In this document: one piece after another, positions 31,219-39,460 of the stretch
How positions within the stretch are numbered: position 1 is the stretch's first letter
How the letters are laid out: the number at the start of each line of letters is the position of its first letter
Program-made: the position numbers and the translations under genes
From: an uncultured delta proteobacterium
Lineage (GTDB): Bacteria > Desulfobacterota > Binatia > HRBIN30 > BPIQ01
Assembly: GCA_963761335.1 (NCBI GenBank)
Contig: CAVXGR010000018.1
Coordinates: 192,001 to 256,000, forward strand
Direction: 5' to 3'
DNA length: 64,000 bases
Notes under the pieces: generated by a model
Told to the model about the DNA's origin: nothing
Database searches by the model: none
What the model saw: the letters and a program-made list of their open reading frames with translations, nothing else

Positions 31219-31883
31219 GAAGGCACCTCCTTCCGCTTGCGGGCGGAGACGATGGCGAACGCCCCCGAGGGGAGCCGGCTCTCCTCCACCTCGGTGAAGC
31301 CCGCCTGGCGCACGCGGGCGGCGAGCTGGCGCACGGGGTGCGTCGTCGTCTGCGTCAGCGCGTAGGTGGCGAGCGCCATCGGCCAGCGCCAGAGGCGGTG
31401 CCGCAGCCGGGCGGCGGCGGTGGGCGGCAGCACCTCGTCGGCGATGATCAGCGTGCCGCCGGGCCGGAGACGCGAGAGGGCGATGCGGAGCACGTAGGAC
31501 TGCTCGTCCGCCCCGAGCTCGCTGAAGGCGAGACAGGAGACGATGGCGTCGAAGGTCGCCTCGGCGAAGCGGTCCTCGATCTCCGCGGCCCCCAGCTCCA
31601 CCCACTCGACGCTGCCGTTCGCGGGGCGCGGCTTGGCGCGCGCCACCTCCAGCATTCCGGCGTTGATGTCGATGCCGACCACGTTTGCGCCGCGCGCCGC
31701 GCAGGCGAGGGAGAGATTGCCGGTGCCGCAGCCGATGTCGAGAAGGCGCGCGCCCGGAGCCGCCGCCCGGCGCGCCACCCGTTGGTAGATCTCCTCGATG
31801 TGGCCGCCCGAGAGCATGCGAATCCCCCGGTCGTAGCGCTGCGGTGCCGACTCGAGGATCTTCATGAAGACGTAACTGCTCAT
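31215..31883 (-). CDS. Class I SAM-dependent methyltransferase, corrinoid-protein-associated (CpaM-like), 222 aa
   Basis: MKILESAPQRYDRG N-terminus, LDIGCGTG, GIDIN, LRPGG.LIIADE. ATGA overlap on both sides. Confidence 0.85.
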   Translation of the reverse strand: MSSYVFMKILESAPQRYDRGIRMLSGGHIEEIYQRVARRAAAPGARLLDIGCGTGNLSLACAARGANVVGIDINAGMLEVARAKPRPANGSVEWVELGAAEIEDRFAEATFDAIVSCLAFSELGADEQSYVLRIALSRLRPGGTLIIADEVLPPTAAARLRHRLWRWPMALATYALTQTTTHPVRQLAARVRQAGFTEVEESRLPSGAFAIVSARKRKEVPS

Positions 31884-32509
31884 CTCTTCCCCTTGCCTCG
31901 AGGCGCGCCGTGGCGCGGCGCGGCGCCGTCGAGGAACGCCGAGACCGCCAGCTGCGGCAGCTCGTCGAGAGTCGGCCACGCCCTCTCGGAGCCCCAGTGC
32001 TGCACGTACAATAGGGACAGCAGGCCGACGAACAGCAGGGCCAGCTGCGCGACGGGGCGGTCGGCGCGCACCTCGCCGGTGCGGGCGCCGCGCTCGAGGA
32101 TTTTCTCGACCATGCCCATGAAGGGGGCGAGGTTCTCGAGAATGATCGGATAGGTCTGGCGGCGGAAGCTCATCGCCTCGCGCAGCAGGACCTTCATGAA
32201 GTCCTCCTCGTCGCGCAGCACGGAGACGTCGGCGCGCACCAGCGCCGTGAGCCGCTCGCGGACGGAGTCGCCGTGCCTCAGCCCGGAGTAGCGCTGCACG
32301 GCGCGCCGGCAGCCCTCGGCCAGGACCTCACCGAAGAGCTCCTCCTTGCTGGCGAAGTAATTGTAGACCGTTCCCTTGGCGAAGCCGGCCTCGAGCGCGA
32401 TGGTGTTGATGTTGGCGCGCTCCAGCCCGTGCAGCGCGAAGTGGCGTGCCGCCGACTCGACCAGATCCTGTCTCACCCGTTGCTTTGCCGCTGTCGTGAT
32501 CCGCGCCAT
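31880..32509 (-). CDS. TetR/AcrR family transcriptional regulator
   Basis: HTH INTIALEAGFAKGTVYNYFASKEELF. Confidence 0.93.
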   Translation of the reverse strand: MARITTAAKQRVRQDLVESAARHFALHGLERANINTIALEAGFAKGTVYNYFASKEELFGEVLAEGCRRAVQRYSGLRHGDSVRERLTALVRADVSVLRDEEDFMKVLLREAMSFRRQTYPIILENLAPFMGMVEKILERGARTGEVRADRPVAQLALLFVGLLSLLYVQHWGSERAWPTLDELPQLAVSAFLDGAAPRHGAPRGKGKR

Positions 32510-32518
32510 GAGTCGATC

Positions 32519-32544
32519 AATATGAGTGACCAGTCACCCATATT
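32519..32544. promoter_or_regulatory. Palindromic operator, probably for the adjacent TetR
   Basis: AATATG-A-GTGAC-CA-GTCAC-C-CATATT, 9 bp upstream of the tetR ATG. TTGACT on the minus strand at 32560-32565. Confidence 0.75.
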
Positions 32545-32582
32545 AGACATGAAGTCGGGAGTCAAGTCGGGAGGTTGCGGAA

Positions 32583-32652
32583 GGGTTGTTGGTTGTTGGG
32601 TGTTAGGTGTTCGCGCTCACCCAACACCCAACCCCTCAACACCCAACACCTC
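32583..32652. repeat. Inverted arrays of 7-bp tandem repeats
   Basis: GGGTTGTTGGTTGTTGGGTGTTAGGTGTT ... ACCCAACACCCAAC..CAACACCCAACACC. Related to 10377-10513. Confidence 0.75.
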
Positions 32653-32713
32653 AGCGGCCGTCTCGCGTCTGACCTCGCGAATTGGTAATTGAGTTTCATC
32701 GCGGAGGGGCAAA

Positions 32714-34432
32714 ATGGATCGAGAGTTCTTCCATCGCGACATGCAGTTCTACATCGATCACGGCGTCGACTGGGAGCGCTACTTTCGCCTGCGTCGCGGC
32801 GAAGGGGTGGATGTCGCCGCCGAGATCGATACCTTCAAGACCATCCTGCAGACCTGCGGCGAGATCTGTGAGGACATCGCCGCGGAGGCGCGCGAGCACT
32901 GGCACGAGGAGGTGAAGCTGGTCGACGGGAGCGTGGTCGTGCCGCCACACGTCGCCAGCGGCTACGGGAAGCTGCGCGACGCCGGGCTCGTCTGCCTGCC
33001 GATCAGCTCTGCGTACGGCGGGCCGGACCTGCCGATGCTGGTGAACATCTTCTACCTGGAGATGATTGCCCGCGCCGACTCCAGCCTGATGACCATCGTC
33101 GGCTTGCAGAGCGGCGCCGCCGGCGACATCGAGAGATACGGCAGCGAGGAGCTGAAGCAAGCCTACCTGCCGCGTTTCGCCACCGGAGAGCTGCAGGGCT
33201 CGATGGACCTCACCGAGCCGCAAGCGGGCTCCGACCTCGGCGCCATCCGCACCCGCGTGACCGAGGAGGACGGACATTCCTATGTCGATGGCGAGAAGAT
33301 CTTCATCACCAACGGCGGCGCCGACGTTCATCTGGTGCTGGCTCGCGACGCGGCGAACTTCGAGAGCTCCAGAGGCACGACCAACGGCCTGAGCCTCCTG
33401 CTCTGCCCGATGGTTCTCGCCGACGGCCGCCGCAACGGGGTGCGCGTCTCCCGCGTCGAGTCGAAGATGGGCATCCACGGCTCGCCGACCTGCGTCGTCG
33501 AGTTCGATCACGCCGAGGCCTTCCTCCTCGGCCAGCGGGGCGGTGGTTTTCGCGCCATGCTCGACCTGATGAACAACGCCCGTCTCGGCGTCGCCGCGCA
33601 GGCCCTCGGCGTCGCCGAGGCCGCCTACCGCGAGGCGCGCACCTACGCCGGCGAGCGCGTGCAGTTCAATGCGCCGATCATCGAGCAGCCCCTGGTGAAG
33701 AGCATGCTGACGCTGATGGCGGTCAACATCCAGGCAGCGCGCGCGCTCCTCTACCACACCTGCGCGCTGATCGATCAGACCGAGGCCATCAAGGCGCGGC
33801 TCGACGCCGCCGACGTCAATGACCCCGAGCGCGAAAGCCTCGAGGGAGAGGCGCGCCGCAATACCCAGCTGATTCGTTTTTTCACGCCGCTCTGCAAGTA
33901 CTACGCGACCGAGATCAGCAGCGACGTCACCCGCAAGGGCATCCAGGTGCACGGCGGAATCGGCTACATGGCCGAGTCGGCCGCCGGCCACTATCACTCG
34001 GACTCCATCATCACCACGATCTACGAGGGCACCTCGGAGATTCAGGCCAGCTTCGCCCTGCAGGAGATGGCCCGCGGCGCCTTGCTGGCGACTCTCGACA
34101 AGACCCGCAGCGACCTCGAGCGACAGCGGTCCCGCGACGGCGAGCTGGTGGACCAGGTGTGCAAGGGCATCGACTGGATCGGGCAGTCGACGGCGGCGCT
34201 CATGGGCGACCCGCAGTATGCGCTGCTGAACGCCAAGCGCGTCTGCGAGATGGTGATCGACGTCGTCGTCGCCGCCGAGTTTCTCCAGCAGGCGAATTTC
34301 TCGGAGGACAAGCGCGACCTGGCCTCGACCTTCATCCACCGCCGCATGCTCGCCGTCGAGATGAACGCCCGCCGCGTCAGCAGCGGCGACGCCTCGCGCA
34401 TCAAGAAGTACGACCGCATTCTGGATCTGTGA
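32714..34432 (+). CDS. Acyl-CoA dehydrogenase
   Basis: MDLTEPQAGSDL, GEKIFITNG, KMGIHGSPT, IQVHGGIGY, IYEGTSEIQ. Confidence 0.93.
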   Translation: MDREFFHRDMQFYIDHGVDWERYFRLRRGEGVDVAAEIDTFKTILQTCGEICEDIAAEAREHWHEEVKLVDGSVVVPPHVASGYGKLRDAGLVCLPISSAYGGPDLPMLVNIFYLEMIARADSSLMTIVGLQSGAAGDIERYGSEELKQAYLPRFATGELQGSMDLTEPQAGSDLGAIRTRVTEEDGHSYVDGEKIFITNGGADVHLVLARDAANFESSRGTTNGLSLLLCPMVLADGRRNGVRVSRVESKMGIHGSPTCVVEFDHAEAFLLGQRGGGFRAMLDLMNNARLGVAAQALGVAEAAYREARTYAGERVQFNAPIIEQPLVKSMLTLMAVNIQAARALLYHTCALIDQTEAIKARLDAADVNDPERESLEGEARRNTQLIRFFTPLCKYYATEISSDVTRKGIQVHGGIGYMAESAAGHYHSDSIITTIYEGTSEIQASFALQEMARGALLATLDKTRSDLERQRSRDGELVDQVCKGIDWIGQSTAALMGDPQYALLNAKRVCEMVIDVVVAAEFLQQANFSEDKRDLASTFIHRRMLAVEMNARRVSSGDASRIKKYDRILDL

Positions 34433-34448
34433 GACCGGGCGCTGCGCC

Positions 34449-35048
34449 TCAGCCGAGAATCGCGCTCATGCGCACGGCGTAGATAAAGTCGCCGCTCACC
34501 CTTAGCCGCCGGCGGAAGAAGAGGCCCGGCGGGCTCCTGTGGCCGCTCTGCATCGCCAGGAAGTCGTCGAGCTTCATGGACACGGTCGCTCTCGGCGGCG
34601 TCTGCTCGCCCGGGCCGGGAGTGATGAACATCTGCCGCGTGGCGCCGTCGTGGTCGATGTGGAAGGCCAACGTGGCAAGGGTGCTGCCGACGGCGCCGGC
34701 GATTGTGGCGGCCTTGTGATCGTCGACGAAGAGCGGCTTGAAGGCGTCGAGCGACGACTCCGAGAGCGCCCCGCGTGCGTCGACCTCACGCTGCGTGCGC
34801 TCGACGAAGATGGCGGTGAAATCGGCGCGCGAGATGCTGATCTGTAAGAGCGTGTCCGGCGGCTTTCCGCGGCAGACGCAGAGATCTCCGCCCGCAACCT
34901 TCACTGCCCAGGAGCCGTCGCCGGCGATCTCGAAGACGGCCGCTCCAGGAGAGTCGTGCGACGGGAATCGCTGGCGGTGCTCGGCGAACTGCGCCGGGAA
35001 GAAGCGCTCGAAGAACTCGGCGGGATCTCTGGGAATCACCTGCGCCAC
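34449..35048 (-). CDS. SCP2 sterol-binding-domain-like protein (tandem)
   Basis: Two SCP2-like halves, ending FFRRRLRVSGDF..A. Confidence 0.6.
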   Translation of the reverse strand: MAQVIPRDPAEFFERFFPAQFAEHRQRFPSHDSPGAAVFEIAGDGSWAVKVAGGDLCVCRGKPPDTLLQISISRADFTAIFVERTQREVDARGALSESSLDAFKPLFVDDHKAATIAGAVGSTLATLAFHIDHDGATRQMFITPGPGEQTPPRATVSMKLDDFLAMQSGHRSPPGLFFRRRLRVSGDFIYAVRMSAILG

Positions 35049-35125
35049 GGCGATTAGGCTGTATCACGAGCGGCACCCGAACATCAGGTGGATTGGCAAG
35101 TTATGCAGTGCCGAGCCCGCCCCGA

Positions 35126-35153
35126 TTGACTTGTCCATAGATGTCCATAAGAA
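35126..35153 (+). promoter_or_regulatory. Promoter with tandem direct repeats TGTCCATA in the spacer
   Basis: TTGACT at 35126. TGTCCATA at 35132-35139 and 35142-35149 (10-bp period). Confidence 0.65.
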
Positions 35154-35181
35154 GAGATAGACAGGCGGATCGAGGTAACGA

Positions 35182-35907
35182 GTGCAGCTTACTGTCCGAG
35201 ATGTCTCCACGCTTCTGAAGGTCTCCGAGAAGACCGTCTATCGCTGGGTCAGCCAGGGGATCCTTCCCGCCTATCGGGTCAGCGATCAGTACCGCTTCAA
35301 CCGCGCCGAGCTGCTCGAGTGGGCGACGTCGCGCAAGATGAACGTCTCGGCGGAGCTCTTCGATGAGCCGGAGAGCTCCGCGACGCCGATTCCCGGTCTG
35401 CTCGAGGCGCTGCAGGCGGGCGGAATTTTCTATCGCATCGGCGGCACGGACAAGGAGTCGGCGCTGCGCGGCGTGGTCGAGCACATGCGACTGCCGGAAG
35501 AGGTGGATCGCGATTTCCTGCTGCGCGTCCTGCTGGCGCGAGAGGCGTTGCAGTCGACCGCCATCGGCGACGGCATTGCCATCCCGCACGTGCGCAACCC
35601 GATCGTCCTGCACGTCACCCGGCCGATGGTCTCGCTGTGCTTTCTCGAGCGGCCCGTCGACTTCGGCGCCCTGGATGGCAAGCCGGTTTTCGCGCTCTTC
35701 TCGCTGATCAGCCCCACCGTGCGGGCCCACCTGCGGTTGCTCTCGCGACTGGCGTTCGCTCTCAATGACTCGCGCTTCAAGGACGCCGTCCTGCGGCGGG
35801 CCTCGCGTGAGGAGATCCTGGCGGAGGCCCGCAGGGTGGAGACCTGCGTGGCGAGCGATACCGGCGGGCGCCCCGGCAAGACAGCGAAGCGCGCCGCGAA
35901 GGCGTAG
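35182..35907 (+). CDS. Excisionase-type HTH fused to PTS EIIA (PtsN-like) regulator
   Basis: LTVRDVSTLLKVSEKTVYRW..G.LPAYR, ARE...STAIGDGIAIPH phospho-His motif. Confidence 0.9.
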   Translation: MQLTVRDVSTLLKVSEKTVYRWVSQGILPAYRVSDQYRFNRAELLEWATSRKMNVSAELFDEPESSATPIPGLLEALQAGGIFYRIGGTDKESALRGVVEHMRLPEEVDRDFLLRVLLAREALQSTAIGDGIAIPHVRNPIVLHVTRPMVSLCFLERPVDFGALDGKPVFALFSLISPTVRAHLRLLSRLAFALNDSRFKDAVLRRASREEILAEARRVETCVASDTGGRPGKTAKRAAKA

Positions 35908-37884
35908 ATGGCGGCCGTTCTCGTCGCCATCGGCGCCATGCTGCTCGGCGGCGGCGCCGCCTTCGCCAGCGCCGCCTGGCCGCGTCGCTGCGGCGATTTC
36001 GCAGTCGCCGGCGTCGTCGTCGGCAGCCTCGTTGCCATCATCCCGGCGGTGCGCGTCCTCCTCGGCGGCGCGGCGCCCTCGCTGCGCCTTGCCTGGGATG
36101 TTCCCTATGGCTCCTTCTTCGTCGGCATGGACGCCCTCTCGGCCTTCTTTGTCGCGCTGATCTGTCTGGTCGCGCCGCTGGCGGCGGTGTGGGGACGCGT
36201 CTATCTCCTCGAGCATCCCGCCCACAGATCCCTCGGTCCGCCGTGGCTCTTCTTCAACCTCCTGGTGGCGAGCATGATGCTGGTGGTCATCGCCCGCAAC
36301 GCGGTGCTCTTCCTCGTCGCCTGGGAGGTGATGGCGCTGGCCTCGTTCTTTCTCGTCACCTTTCACGACCAGGACGAGGCGGTTCGCGACGCCGGCTGGA
36401 CGTATCTGGTCGCCACTCACCTGGGCACGGCGTTCCTGCTGGCGCTCTTCGTTCTCCTCGGCTCCCACGGCGCCTCCCTCGATTTCGACCATTTCTCGGC
36501 GCCGGCGACCGGCAGCGGTCTCCTCTTTCTCCTCGCCGTGATCGGCTTTGGCGCCAAGGCCGGCTTCGTGCCCTTTCACGTATGGTTGCCGGAGGCCCAC
36601 CCGGCGGCGCCCAGCCACGTCTCGGCGGTGATGTCCGGGCTGATGATCAAGACCGGGATCTACGGGCTGATCCGCGTCATCACCTTTCTCGGGCCGCCGC
36701 CGGCGTGGTGGGGCGGGGTGTTGATGGCGATCGGGCTGGTCTCGGCGATCTACGGCGTCCTCTTTGCCCTCGCCCAGAGCGATCTGAAGCGCATTCTGGC
36801 GTACTCCAGCATCGAGAACAGCGGCGTCATCGCTCTCGGCCTCGGCGTCGGTCTACTCGGCGTCAGCGCCGGCGCCGTGCCGCTGGCGGCGCTCGGTTTC
36901 GCCGGGGCTCTCCTCCACGTATTGAATCACGCCCTCTTCAAGAGCCTGCTCTTTCTCGGCGCCGGCGCTGTCGCGCAGGCGAGCGGCAGCCGCGAGATCG
37001 AAGGCCAGGGTGGCCTGCTGGCGCGTATGCCCTGGACCGGAGCCACCTTTTTCGTGGGCGCCGTGGCCATCGCCGGTCTGCCTCCTCTCAACGGCTTCAT
37101 GAGCGAGTGGCTGATCTATCTCGGTACCCTGCGCGCCGCCGCCGAGGGCAGTGCGGGGGTTGCCGCAGCGGCCGTCGCCGCGATTGCCGGACTGGCGCTG
37201 GTCGGCGGTCTCGCCGCAGCCTGCTTCGCGCGCGCTTTCGGCGTCGTCTTTCTCGGGGAGCCGCGCAGCGACCGGGCCCGCGGCGCCCGCGAGACCGGCG
37301 TCGGCCTGTGGGCGCCGCTGCTGCTCTTGGCGGCCCTGTGTGTCCTCAGCGCTGCCTTGGCGCCGCTGCTGCTGCGCGCCGCGATGCCCCTGGTCTCGAG
37401 CGCCAGCGGCCTGCCGGCGGCGCAGTTGGCGCCGGCGCTCTCGGTTGCCAGCGGCTCTCTCGCGCAGGTGGTTGGCGGCTCTCTCGCCTTCGTCGCGCTG
37501 ATCGCTCTCGCCTGGGGGCTGCGCCGCTGGTTGCTGGCCCGGCATCCGGCGGAGCCGGGTGTCACCTGGGACTGCGGTTACGCCGCACCCTCGCCGCGCA
37601 TGCAGTACACCGCGTCTTCCTTCGCCGAGCCGCTGACGACGCTCTTTGCGTTTCTGCTGCAGACGCGCCGCCGCCTGACCGCTCCCGCCGGCTTCTTCCC
37701 GTCACATGCCGAGCTGACCGCGGAGACGCTCGACCTCTGCACCGAGCGTCTCTACCGGCCACTTTTCGCCACCGCCTCCCGCGGCCTGGCGCGGGCGCGG
37801 TGGCTCCAGCACGGAAGGGTGCAGGTCTACATCCTGTACATCGCTCTCACCTTGCTGGTGCTGCTGGCCTGGGAGCTCGGCTGA
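35908..37884 (+). CDS. HyfB-like (NuoL/MrpA-type) proton-conducting membrane subunit
   Basis: FLVAWEVM, KAGFVPFHVWLPEAHPAAPSHVSA, LAYSSIEN, NHALFK, TWDCGY, MQYT. Confidence 0.9.
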   Translation: MAAVLVAIGAMLLGGGAAFASAAWPRRCGDFAVAGVVVGSLVAIIPAVRVLLGGAAPSLRLAWDVPYGSFFVGMDALSAFFVALICLVAPLAAVWGRVYLLEHPAHRSLGPPWLFFNLLVASMMLVVIARNAVLFLVAWEVMALASFFLVTFHDQDEAVRDAGWTYLVATHLGTAFLLALFVLLGSHGASLDFDHFSAPATGSGLLFLLAVIGFGAKAGFVPFHVWLPEAHPAAPSHVSAVMSGLMIKTGIYGLIRVITFLGPPPAWWGGVLMAIGLVSAIYGVLFALAQSDLKRILAYSSIENSGVIALGLGVGLLGVSAGAVPLAALGFAGALLHVLNHALFKSLLFLGAGAVAQASGSREIEGQGGLLARMPWTGATFFVGAVAIAGLPPLNGFMSEWLIYLGTLRAAAEGSAGVAAAAVAAIAGLALVGGLAAACFARAFGVVFLGEPRSDRARGARETGVGLWAPLLLLAALCVLSAALAPLLLRAAMPLVSSASGLPAAQLAPALSVASGSLAQVVGGSLAFVALIALAWGLRRWLLARHPAEPGVTWDCGYAAPSPRMQYTASSFAEPLTTLFAFLLQTRRRLTAPAGFFPSHAELTAETLDLCTERLYRPLFATASRGLARARWLQHGRVQVYILYIALTLLVLLAWELG

Positions 37885-37889
37885 GGCCG

Positions 37890-38801
37890 ATGTCCGCCGC
37901 CTCTCTCGCCGGCACGGCGCTGCCCTTCGCGCTGGCCCCGCTGCTTCTCGGCGTCATCAACCGCACCAAGGGAATCGCGGCCGGCCGCCGCGGGCAGCCG
38001 CTGCTGCAGCCGTACTTCGATCTGGCGAAGCTGCTGCGCAAGGGGGCGGTGTACAGCCGCACCACCACCTGGGTGTTCCGCGCCGGCCCGCTGGTCTCCT
38101 TCGCCGCGATCAGCATCGCCGCGGCAGTCGTGCCCTTCGGCGGCCATGCCGCTCCGCTGGCGTTCGCCGGCGATCTCGTCTTCTTCGTCTATCTGCTCGG
38201 CGTGGCCCGCTTCTTCACCGTCGCCGCCGCGCTCGACACCGGCTCGAGCTTCGAGGGAATGGGCGCCAGCCGGGAGGTGAGCTTCTCGGCCCTGGCGGAG
38301 CCGGCCCTGTTGCTGGCGCTCGTCGCCCTGGCGCGGCAGACGCGGAGCCTGTCGCTCTCGGGGATCTACGCCGGCATCGGCGCCGACAGCTGGGCGGCCG
38401 CCGCGCCCGCCTTCGCCCTCTTGCTGGCCGCCATGGCGGTCGTCTTCCTGGCCGAGAACGCGCGCATCCCCGTCGACGATCCGACCACGCATCTGGAGCT
38501 GACCATGATTCACGAGGTGATGATCCTGGACCACAGCGGAGCGGATCTGGCCTTCATTCTCTACGGCAGCGCCTTGAAGCTCTGGCTGCTGGCGGCGCTC
38601 ATCGTCGGCCTCGCCATACCGGCGCGCGGCACCGCCGTCTGGTTCGACACCGGCGCCGCCATCGCCGGGATGATCGGCGTGGCCGTGCTCACCGGAGTGG
38701 TCGAATCGTCCATGGCTCGCTGGCGCCTGCGGCGTGTTCCCCAGCTCCTGGTCGGCGCCGGCATCCTCTCGGCTCTGGCGCTGGTGCTGATCCTGCGTTG
38801 A
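37890..38801 (+). CDS. HyfC-like (NuoH-type) membrane subunit
   Basis: GQPLLQPYFDLAKL, FEGMGASRE, ENARIPVDDPTTHLELTMIHE. Confidence 0.9.
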   Translation: MSAASLAGTALPFALAPLLLGVINRTKGIAAGRRGQPLLQPYFDLAKLLRKGAVYSRTTTWVFRAGPLVSFAAISIAAAVVPFGGHAAPLAFAGDLVFFVYLLGVARFFTVAAALDTGSSFEGMGASREVSFSALAEPALLLALVALARQTRSLSLSGIYAGIGADSWAAAAPAFALLLAAMAVVFLAENARIPVDDPTTHLELTMIHEVMILDHSGADLAFILYGSALKLWLLAALIVGLAIPARGTAVWFDTGAAIAGMIGVAVLTGVVESSMARWRLRRVPQLLVGAGILSALALVLILR

Positions 38802-39460
38802 TCGAGATGCTCGCCCTGATCGATACGGCGCTGATCGTTCTGGCGCTCACCAGCCTCCTGCTGCTCGGCTCGAGCCGGCTGAACCGATGCATTCGCATCG
38901 TCGCCGTGCAGGGAGTGACTCTCGGCGGGCTGACGCTGGCGGTTCCGGGGCACGAGCCGTCGCTTCGCGTCGTCTTTCTCGCCGTCGCCATCGTCGGGCT
39001 GAAGGGCGTCGCCTTCCCCTGGTTGCTGTCGCGGGTTCTGCGGGAGGCAGGCGTGCGGCGCGAGATCGACCCCGCCGTCGGCTACGTCGTCTCGATGCTG
39101 CTCGGCGGCCTGGGCCTGGCGCTGTCGTTCTGGGCCGGCGCCCGCCTGCTGCTGCCGGCGCCGCCGGTCTCGGATCTCATCGTCCCGGTGGCCCTCTTCA
39201 CCACGCTCGCGGGGCTGTTCCTGATCATCACCCGGCTGAAGGCGCTCACCCAGGTGCTCGCCTACCTGGTGATGGAGAACGGTATCTACCTCTTCGGCGT
39301 CGGCGTCGTGCGCGGCACGCCGATGCTCGTCGAAATGGGGGTGCTGCTCGACGTCTTCGTGGCGGTGTTCGTCATGGGCATTGCCATCTTCCACATCAGT
39401 CGCGAGTTCGACCACATCGACACCGATCGACTGAATGCGCTGCGGGACTGGGTGCCATGA
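38798..39460 (+). CDS. HyfE-like membrane subunit
   Basis: QVLAYLVMENGI, VEMGVLLDVFV. Alternative ATG at 38807. Confidence 0.88.
   Translation: MIEMLALIDTALIVLALTSLLLLGSSRLNRCIRIVAVQGVTLGGLTLAVPGHEPSLRVVFLAVAIVGLKGVAFPWLLSRVLREAGVRREIDPAVGYVVSMLLGGLGLALSFWAGARLLLPAPPVSDLIVPVALFTTLAGLFLIITRLKALTQVLAYLVMENGIYLFGVGVVRGTPMLVEMGVLLDVFVAVFVMGIAIFHISREFDHIDTDRLNALRDWVP

Noticed and set aside
32545..32713. Cobalamin riboswitch upstream of the corrinoid operon
   Set aside because: No B12-box-like sequence recognised. The interval is occupied by promoter DNA and the short repeat arrays.
35182..35350. Phage excisionase
   Set aside because: The HTH is fused to a PTS EIIA domain and leads a metabolic operon, so it is a regulator.
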